A DNA stretch of 64,000 bases from an uncultured Bacteroidales bacterium. Its GTDB lineage: Bacteria; Bacteroidota; Bacteroidia; Bacteroidales; Paludibacteraceae. The notes below the pieces were generated by a model, which was not told the origin of the DNA, ran no database searches, and was given only the letters and a program-made list of their open reading frames with translations. Where the stretch lies: NCBI GenBank assembly GCA_934667275.1, contig CAKULK010000005.1, positions 73,167 to 137,166 of the forward strand. Direction: 5' to 3'. Position 1 is the stretch's first letter. The number at the start of each line of letters is the position of its first letter. The translations under genes and the position numbers were made by a program. Below, piece after piece: positions 58,272 through 64,000 of this stretch.

Positions 58272-60421
58272 TGAAACGTTGTATTTTGTTCTTTTTGACT
58301 ATTGCTTCGCTGACTGTGTCGGCAGGCAATAGTCTTTCACTGCCCGCATTGTCAGGCAAGCCTGGCGATACACTCTCTGTATCGGTGCAATTCGAGTGTA
58401 CCGATGCCGTTACGGCTATGGAGATAGCCTTGCCCCTCAGCCCGTATATTCAGTATGTCGGCACCTCTGCCATGCTCAATGCAGCCCGTGCCAACGGACA
58501 CACGCTCTACGCCCAATCGGTACGCGACACCCTCTTTGTGCAGATATATAGTCTTTCGCTCTCGGCATTGCAAGGGCAATCAGGCGAATTGTTTTCTTTC
58601 CGCCTTGCGTTGCGCAACGAGCCCCAAGTGCTGGCATTGCTGCCGCGTGTCTTGGCGGTTAATGCACAAGGGCAACGCTTGCCTGTATCGGTAGTACCTG
58701 GTCAAATCACCACTTTGGCACCCAAAATCGCTATTCTGACACCGACGATTGACTATGGGCATCACCCCATTCGTCAGACTTATACACAAACCCTGTCGGT
58801 ACGCAATATCGGCACCTCGCCACTGACGATATACTCGCTCTCTTTGCCCGCCGACCTGTTTGCCTACGACGGCAAGGCACATACTATTGCCGCAGGTGCT
58901 ACTGCTGACATCCCCATTCGTTATGCACCCGTTCTGCGAGGTGCATACAGCGGAACTGTTAAGATACACTCCGATGCCACCAATGCAGCCTTGCGTGTGA
59001 ACTCCGAAGTGGCTGTCATCGCAGACCCGTTCTCGGTGAACGAACTGCACATCGGTTCGGCTTCGGGTATTGCGGATAGTTTGGTTACCATTCCGCTCAC
59101 AATGAATAATATGGAACCTATTGTGGCCATGCAATGTGCTTTCCGTTTGCCGCAGGAGTTGCTTTTTGAAGCGGGCAGTTTCAGTGTTAATGCCAATCGA
59201 ACCAACGGACATACAGCCTTATCTTCGGTACATGGCGACACGCTCTCGCTCTATATCTATTCGCCAACCAATCAGCCTTTACTGGCAAACGATGGTGAGG
59301 TGGCGTCTTTCCGTCTCCGCCTCAATGGCAACTCGGGCACCTACTACCTCACGCCCATAGATGTCATTCTCAGCAATGCCACTTCCGAGAACATGGTATC
59401 TGCCACCTCACGGGGTTCCGTGCGTATTCAGAGCCCGCGTTTGTCTTGTGGTAATAGTATCACTTTTGCCGATGCTGCCATTACAGATGTTGTGCACGCT
59501 ACTTTCTCCCTGCGTAATAACGGCGATGCACCGCTTGTCATAGAGCGTGCCACTTTCTTGGCAGAAGGTTTTTCCATCGTGGAACCATTACCTGTATCTG
59601 TTGCGGCAAGACAGAGTACTTCTCTTACCATTGCCTATCAGCCCAAGGCTGAAGGGGACTTCTCCACCATGATGAATCTCTATACCAACGACCCTACGGC
59701 ACGCCTGAAGTCCATTGCTCTTTCGGGGCATATCTATGAGCCGAACAGCCTTTCCGTAGAGGGGCAGAGTAGGCAGGGAGACGATGCTTACACGCTGTCG
59801 GTGTCGCTCTCCAACTATACCGACATTGTGGCGGCGCAGTTTGATGTACACTGGATAGGCACTATGGCTACGTCGCAAGCGCAATGTACTCCCTCTCCAC
59901 GTTTGCAACAACACAACTATTCGGTCAGTCGTATAGGAGATTCCGACTACCGTGTATTGATGTACTCTATGGCGAATACACCCATCAGCGGACACGATGG
60001 TGAACTGCTCCGGCTCCTCTTCACCCCGCAAGAGAGCGGCACTGCAGACTATTGTGGCACCACTCTCACTATCGACAATATCGTCCTCAGCAATGCCCGT
60101 GGCGAAAACAAGCAGTCCCTATCCCCTATCACCTACCGCATTGAGCAACCTTGTATTCCTACTGCTCTCAATACTCACGTGGTCAATCCGTACACTTTGT
60201 ACCCAAACCCTGCGACAGATATGGTATATCTTTGTGGGAATGATATTGCCTCTTTCCGTGTCTTTTCTTCGGCAGGCAGTCTTGTGTACGACACCCGACT
60301 TACAGGGAGCCAAACCGAACACGCGATAGATGTCCACAAATTGGCGGCAGGAGTGTATATGGTTGTAGTGTACGATACCCATCACACCGCACACACCACC
60401 ACCTTTATCAAGTCCGAATAA
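58268..60421 (+). CDS. T9SS-cargo scaffoldin-like protein: three cohesin-like modules alternating with Ig-like (DUF1573-type) domains, plus type-A T9SS C-terminal sorting domain
   Basis: Signal peptide. Three modules with cohesin signature blocks: 'GDTLSVSVQFE...AMEIALPLSPYIQYVG...GELFSFRLALRN', 'ADSLVTIPLTMNN...AMQCAFRLPQELLFEAG...GEVASFRLRLNG' and 'AYTLSVSLSNY...AAQFDVHW...GELLRLLFTPQ'. C-terminal domain 'LYPNPATDMVYL...GVYMVVVYD...FIKSE'. ATGA start/stop overlap with the protease gene. Confidence 0.7.
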   Translation: MMKRCILFFLTIASLTVSAGNSLSLPALSGKPGDTLSVSVQFECTDAVTAMEIALPLSPYIQYVGTSAMLNAARANGHTLYAQSVRDTLFVQIYSLSLSALQGQSGELFSFRLALRNEPQVLALLPRVLAVNAQGQRLPVSVVPGQITTLAPKIAILTPTIDYGHHPIRQTYTQTLSVRNIGTSPLTIYSLSLPADLFAYDGKAHTIAAGATADIPIRYAPVLRGAYSGTVKIHSDATNAALRVNSEVAVIADPFSVNELHIGSASGIADSLVTIPLTMNNMEPIVAMQCAFRLPQELLFEAGSFSVNANRTNGHTALSSVHGDTLSLYIYSPTNQPLLANDGEVASFRLRLNGNSGTYYLTPIDVILSNATSENMVSATSRGSVRIQSPRLSCGNSITFADAAITDVVHATFSLRNNGDAPLVIERATFLAEGFSIVEPLPVSVAARQSTSLTIAYQPKAEGDFSTMMNLYTNDPTARLKSIALSGHIYEPNSLSVEGQSRQGDDAYTLSVSLSNYTDIVAAQFDVHWIGTMATSQAQCTPSPRLQQHNYSVSRIGDSDYRVLMYSMANTPISGHDGELLRLLFTPQESGTADYCGTTLTIDNIVLSNARGENKQSLSPITYRIEQPCIPTALNTHVVNPYTLYPNPATDMVYLCGNDIASFRVFSSAGSLVYDTRLTGSQTEHAIDVHKLAAGVYMVVVYDTHHTAHTTTFIKSE

Positions 60422-60466
60422 AGCAGGGAGCCCGCTCATTCATTTGCACATATCGCAAAAAAATAG

Positions 60467-60474
60467 TAACTTTG
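60467..60474 (+). promoter_or_regulatory. -7 box TAacTTTG upstream of small membrane-protein ORF
   Basis: 23 nt upstream of the ATG at 60497. Confidence 0.45.
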
Positions 60475-60496
60475 CGGGCTGATAATATGCTTTGGT

Positions 60497-60706
60497 ATGA
60501 AGGAAATCTTGATAACAATAGGTCTGGTGGCACTTGCGGTGGTGCTTTTGTGCGTGCGCATACTGCTCCGTAAGGGCGGGAAGTTCAGCAGCCAGCATAT
60601 CTCCGAGAACAAGAAGATGCGCGAAAATGGCATTCATTGTGCCACCTCGCAGGACCGCGAGGCACGTCGTGACGCACGCAAAAAGATGAACGTAAATGAG
60701 TTGTAG
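60497..60706 (+). CDS. Small single-pass membrane protein (69 aa)
   Basis: 'ILITIGLVALAVVLLCVRILL' TM helix followed by a basic tail. Has a dedicated promoter-like box. 11-bp overlap with the next gene's ORF. Confidence 0.45.
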   Translation: MKEILITIGLVALAVVLLCVRILLRKGGKFSSQHISENKKMRENGIHCATSQDREARRDARKKMNVNEL

Positions 60707-60728
60707 CACCTCCCCTACCCCGGCACCA

Positions 60729-62822
60729 ATGCCCATACATATTTGCCGCTATATTGTCCGCCAAAGCACACCACACGGATGGTGCAATCGGCTGTTTTTC
60801 ATTGTATTGTGTATGGCTTTCGGCTGTCTGATGCAGTCGTGCAGTCTGTCAGCCCGTCTCAAGAAAGCGGACAAGAAATACGCCATCGGCGAGTACTACG
60901 AGGCAGGGGATATGTACAAGAACCTCTACGCCAAGGTGCCACAAAAGCAGAAGCCCTTGCGCGGCGAAGTGGCATTCAAGCAGGGGGAGTGTATGCGCAT
61001 ACTCAACAACCCACGTGCCGCTGCCGCCTACAAGAACGCCATCAAGAACCACTATCCCGACTCCGTCGTCTATCTCCACTACGCCCAAGTGCTGCAGTAC
61101 CAGGGCAAGTACCGCGAGGCGGCGCAGCAGTACGAGATATACCTCCAAGCCCACCCCGACGACTATGTGGCACAGGCGGGACGCTATGCCTGCGCCCAAG
61201 TGGAGACATGGCGCAAGCAACCCACGCGCTACAAGGTGGCACCCGCGAAAGAGTTTAACCAGAAGCGGACATCCAACTTCGCACCCTCTTTTATCACGGA
61301 AGACGGTGATGCACTCGTCTTCACGTCCAACCGCCAGCAGCAGAAGACCAACAAAAAGAAGACCCGCAACTCGCCCGTAACGGGTATGGCGACCTACAAC
61401 CTCTACTCCGCGCGCAAGAACGCAGCGGGACAGTGGGAGGACATCGCCCTCTGCGAGGGGTTGTACGAGGAAGACGCTTCCGCAGAAGGCGAAGGTGAGG
61501 AAGGCGGCACGCAGAAAAAGACAGGCTCTGCCGAACTCGGCGTATGTTGTTTCTCGCCCGACGGCAAGACGATGTACTTCACCTACTCATGTCCCGTCAA
61601 CGGGCAGGACTTAGGTGCCAAAATCTACACCTCCACACGTGCCAGCGGTGAGTGGGGCGAGGCGCAGGAACTCAAGTTGTTCAGCGACAGCAGTACCACA
61701 GTCGGGCACCCCGCTCTCAATGCCACGGGTGACACACTCTATTTCGTCAGCGATGCCCCGGGCGGCTTTGGCGGCAAAGACATCTACATGGCAGTGCAGG
61801 ACGGCGGCGGGTGGACCGATATTCAGAACCTCGGACCACAAATCAACACCGCAGACGATGAGTTGTTTCCTTATGTGCGTGCTGACGGACGGCTCTATTT
61901 CTCCTCCAAGGGGCACCCCGGATACGGCGGACTTGACCTTTTCTATGCCGAGCGCACCGACACCGCATGGATGATTTTCAATATGGGCACGCCCTTCAAC
62001 AGCCAATACGATGACTTCGGCATCGCCTTTGCAGGGGCTACCGAAAACGGCTTTTTCTCGTCCAACCGCGGGCAGAAGAAGGGCTACGATCTTATCTATT
62101 CGTTCACGCTGCCCGAGATGGTGTTCACCGTAGAGGGCAAAGTGACGGACACGCAGGGCGAACACCTGTCGGAGGCTACCATACGTCTGGTGGGCGACGA
62201 CGGCACCAATGTCAAGACGCAGATACGCCGCGACGGTACCTACCGCCTGCGCCTACAGAAGGATACCCGCTATGTCATGCTCGCCACCGCACGCGGCTAT
62301 CTCAACGAGAAGCAGCAACTCACCACGGCGGGGCTGACCGACAGCCGTACTTATGAGCAGGACTTCACGCTGGCACCCGTTTCCAAGCCCGTGAAGATGG
62401 ACAATATCTTCTTCGAGTTCGGCAAATGGGACCTGACACCCGACTCCGAAGGCGGGCTGAACGGACTTATCCGACTGCTGAACGACAACCCGAATATCAC
62501 CATCGAACTCGCGGCGCACACCGATATGGTGGGCAACGACAAGGACAACAAAGTGCTGTCCGAGAAACGTGCACAGTCTGTAGTCAACTACCTGATACAG
62601 CATGGCATCGAGTCGGAACGCCTGACTCCTGTGGGCTATGGCGAGGAGAAGCCCGTTGTGGTGGACGAGGTATTGCACAAGCAGTACCCGTATCTGCCTG
62701 TTGACCAGACATTGGACGAGGCATTCATCACTACCCTGCCCGCCGACCAACAGCAGGTCTGCAACTCCCTCAACCGCCGCACCGAGTTCCGCGTGCTGAA
62801 AACAACGTATAAATTGTATTAG
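60729..62822 (+). CDS. OmpA-family lipoprotein with TPR and TolB-like (PD40) beta-propeller repeats
   Basis: Lipobox 'MAFGCLMQSCS'. TPR-like N-terminus. PD40-type repeats ('DGKTMYFT', 'GDTLYFVSD', 'DGRLYFSS'). C-terminal OmpA domain 'NIFFEFGKWDL...ITIELAAHTDMVGNDKDNKVLSEKRAQSVVNYL'. Start placed at 'MPIHICRY'. Confidence 0.7.
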   Translation: MPIHICRYIVRQSTPHGWCNRLFFIVLCMAFGCLMQSCSLSARLKKADKKYAIGEYYEAGDMYKNLYAKVPQKQKPLRGEVAFKQGECMRILNNPRAAAAYKNAIKNHYPDSVVYLHYAQVLQYQGKYREAAQQYEIYLQAHPDDYVAQAGRYACAQVETWRKQPTRYKVAPAKEFNQKRTSNFAPSFITEDGDALVFTSNRQQQKTNKKKTRNSPVTGMATYNLYSARKNAAGQWEDIALCEGLYEEDASAEGEGEEGGTQKKTGSAELGVCCFSPDGKTMYFTYSCPVNGQDLGAKIYTSTRASGEWGEAQELKLFSDSSTTVGHPALNATGDTLYFVSDAPGGFGGKDIYMAVQDGGGWTDIQNLGPQINTADDELFPYVRADGRLYFSSKGHPGYGGLDLFYAERTDTAWMIFNMGTPFNSQYDDFGIAFAGATENGFFSSNRGQKKGYDLIYSFTLPEMVFTVEGKVTDTQGEHLSEATIRLVGDDGTNVKTQIRRDGTYRLRLQKDTRYVMLATARGYLNEKQQLTTAGLTDSRTYEQDFTLAPVSKPVKMDNIFFEFGKWDLTPDSEGGLNGLIRLLNDNPNITIELAAHTDMVGNDKDNKVLSEKRAQSVVNYLIQHGIESERLTPVGYGEEKPVVVDEVLHKQYPYLPVDQTLDEAFITTLPADQQQVCNSLNRRTEFRVLKTTYKLY

Positions 62823-62875
62823 ACTAATTAGACTAATTAGGCTTATTGGTCTTATTAGCCCCATATTATAAAACT

Positions 62876-63670
62876 ATGCAACAATATCTTGACCTCTGCA
62901 AACGGGTGCTCAGCGAAGGCACCGAGAAGCATGACCGCACAGGTACGGGCACATTGTCGGTGTTCGGGCACCAAATGCGCTTTAACCTGCAAGACGGTTT
63001 CCCGCTCCTCACCACCAAGAAACTGCACCTCAAGTCTATCATCTACGAACTGCTATGGTTCCTGCGCGGCGACACCAACGTGCACTACCTGCAGGAACAT
63101 GGCGTGCGGATATGGAACGAGTGGGCGGACGAGAACGGCGACTTGGGTCCCGTTTACGGACACCAGTGGCGCAGTTGGCCTGACTATCAGGGCGGTACTA
63201 TCGACCAGATAGCACAGGTTCTCGACCAGATACGCCACAACCCCGACTCGCGCCGTATGATTGTGAGCGCGTGGAACGTGGCGGAAGTCAACGAGATGGC
63301 ACTCCCGCCCTGCCACACGCTGTTTCAGTTCTATGTAGCAGACGGCAGATTGTCGCTGCAACTCTACCAGCGCAGCGCAGACATCTTCCTCGGAGTACCA
63401 TTCAATATCGCCTCGTATGCACTGCTCTTACAGATGATGGCACAGGTTACGGGGCTGCAGGCAGGCGACTTCATCCATACCTTGGGCGATGCGCATATCT
63501 ACCTCAACCACTTCGACCAAGTGCGCCTGCAACTCACCCGCGAGCCGCGTCCGTTGCCCACCATGCACATCAACCCCGACAAGCATGACTTGTTCGGCTT
63601 TGAATACGAGGATTTCGAGTTACTCAACTATAACCCGCACCCGCACATCGCCGGCGTCGTGGCAGTCTAA
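62876..63670 (+). CDS. thyA: Thymidylate synthase
   Basis: '[36 protein letters not shown]' and '[13 protein letters not shown]' (catalytic Cys). 264 aa from the 'MQQY' start. Confidence 0.9.
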   Translation: MQQYLDLCKRVLSEGTEKHDRTGTGTLSVFGHQMRFNLQDGFPLLTTKKLHLKSIIYELLWFLRGDTNVHYLQEHGVRIWNEWADENGDLGPVYGHQWRSWPDYQGGTIDQIAQVLDQIRHNPDSRRMIVSAWNVAEVNEMALPPCHTLFQFYVADGRLSLQLYQRSADIFLGVPFNIASYALLLQMMAQVTGLQAGDFIHTLGDAHIYLNHFDQVRLQLTREPRPLPTMHINPDKHDLFGFEYEDFELLNYNPHPHIAGVVAV

Positions 63671-63717
63671 CATATAACTAACCTATAACAAACCACCAAC
63701 AAATACACCTTGTATAT

Positions 63718-64000
63718 ATGCTGAATCTCATTGTTGCTATTTCCGAAAATAACGCCATTGGCAAAGCGGGTGACCTGCTGTGCCATTTGCCGGACGACCT
63801 TCGTCATTTCAAACAAGTCACCACAGGCTGCACCGTCATCATGGGCGAGCGCACTTTCTTCTCTCTGCCGCGTCACCCGCTACCTAACAGGCGCAATATC
63901 GTGCTCTCCGACCGTCCTGATTTTGCTTTTGAGAACACTGAGGTGGCACACTCTATTGACGAAGTCAAGTCGTTGATTGCCAACGACGAACAGGCATTCA
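63718..64000 (+). CDS. folA: Dihydrofolate reductase (3'-partial at window end)
   Basis: 'MLNLIVAISENNAIGKAGDLLCHLPDDLRHFKQVTTGCTVIMGERTF' is the DHFR N-terminal signature. Frame is not in the ORF track because no stop codon falls within the window. Classic thyA-folA pair. Confidence 0.8.
   Translation, partial: MLNLIVAISENNAIGKAGDLLCHLPDDLRHFKQVTTGCTVIMGERTFFSLPRHPLPNRRNIVLSDRPDFAFENTEVAHSIDEVKSLIANDEQAF

Noticed and set aside
1-64000. Search for tRNA, tmRNA, RNase P, SRP RNA, rRNA and CRISPR arrays
   Set aside because: Found no T-loop/anticodon-arm-like GTTCRANYC contexts, no conserved ncRNA cores (e.g. GAGGAAAGTCC appears only as a degenerate 'gaggaaaggaag' in the IS scar), and no spaced direct-repeat arrays. 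Cannot exclude small RNAs without covariance models.

Overview
This 64-kb window is a Bacteroidota-type chromosomal segment, probably Prevotella/Porphyromonas-like. That assignment rests on the T9SS genes porU-porV, T9SS C-terminal sorting domains, and TAnnTTTG -7 promoter boxes. No tRNA, rRNA or CRISPR was detected.

Most of the window is housekeeping genes: ftsY, lysS, pgi, rsfS, ftsH, an M16 peptidase, a TonB-dependent receptor, mutS, pnp, mtaB, rho, aroQ, der, ispF, aroK, sufE, thyA and folA. Other annotated features include:
- a partial LPS/capsule locus at the start (CapD-like dehydratase plus a WecA-like GT4);
- a lemA-TPM pair;
- a T9SS core locus (FAH-like gene, porU, porV) and a PorT-like outer-membrane protein;
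- a GC-rich CAZyme cluster (GH13, GH53, GH2, GH13) with no SusC/SusD in the window.

Accessory or unusual content:
- an AT-rich 2.5-kb islet between pgi and rsfS with a YafQ/RelE-type toxin-antitoxin pair and a secreted hypothetical protein;
- a relic IS3-family transposase fragment fused onto the 3' end of a tauE-like permease, followed by a repeat-rich scar;
- a tight five-gene minus-strand operon: GH3-family acyl-adenylate/amido synthetase, LPLAT acyltransferase, outer-membrane beta-barrel protein, lipase-like alpha/beta-hydrolase and a lipoprotein;
- most strikingly, a translationally coupled pair at 54294-60421: a 1325-aa S8 subtilase carrying a canonical two-repeat dockerin but no T9SS sorting domain, followed by a 717-aa protein with three cohesin-like modules and a classical T9SS C-terminal sorting domain.

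That last pair is a candidate cellulosome-like cohesin-dockerin protease-tethering system routed through the type IX secretion system.
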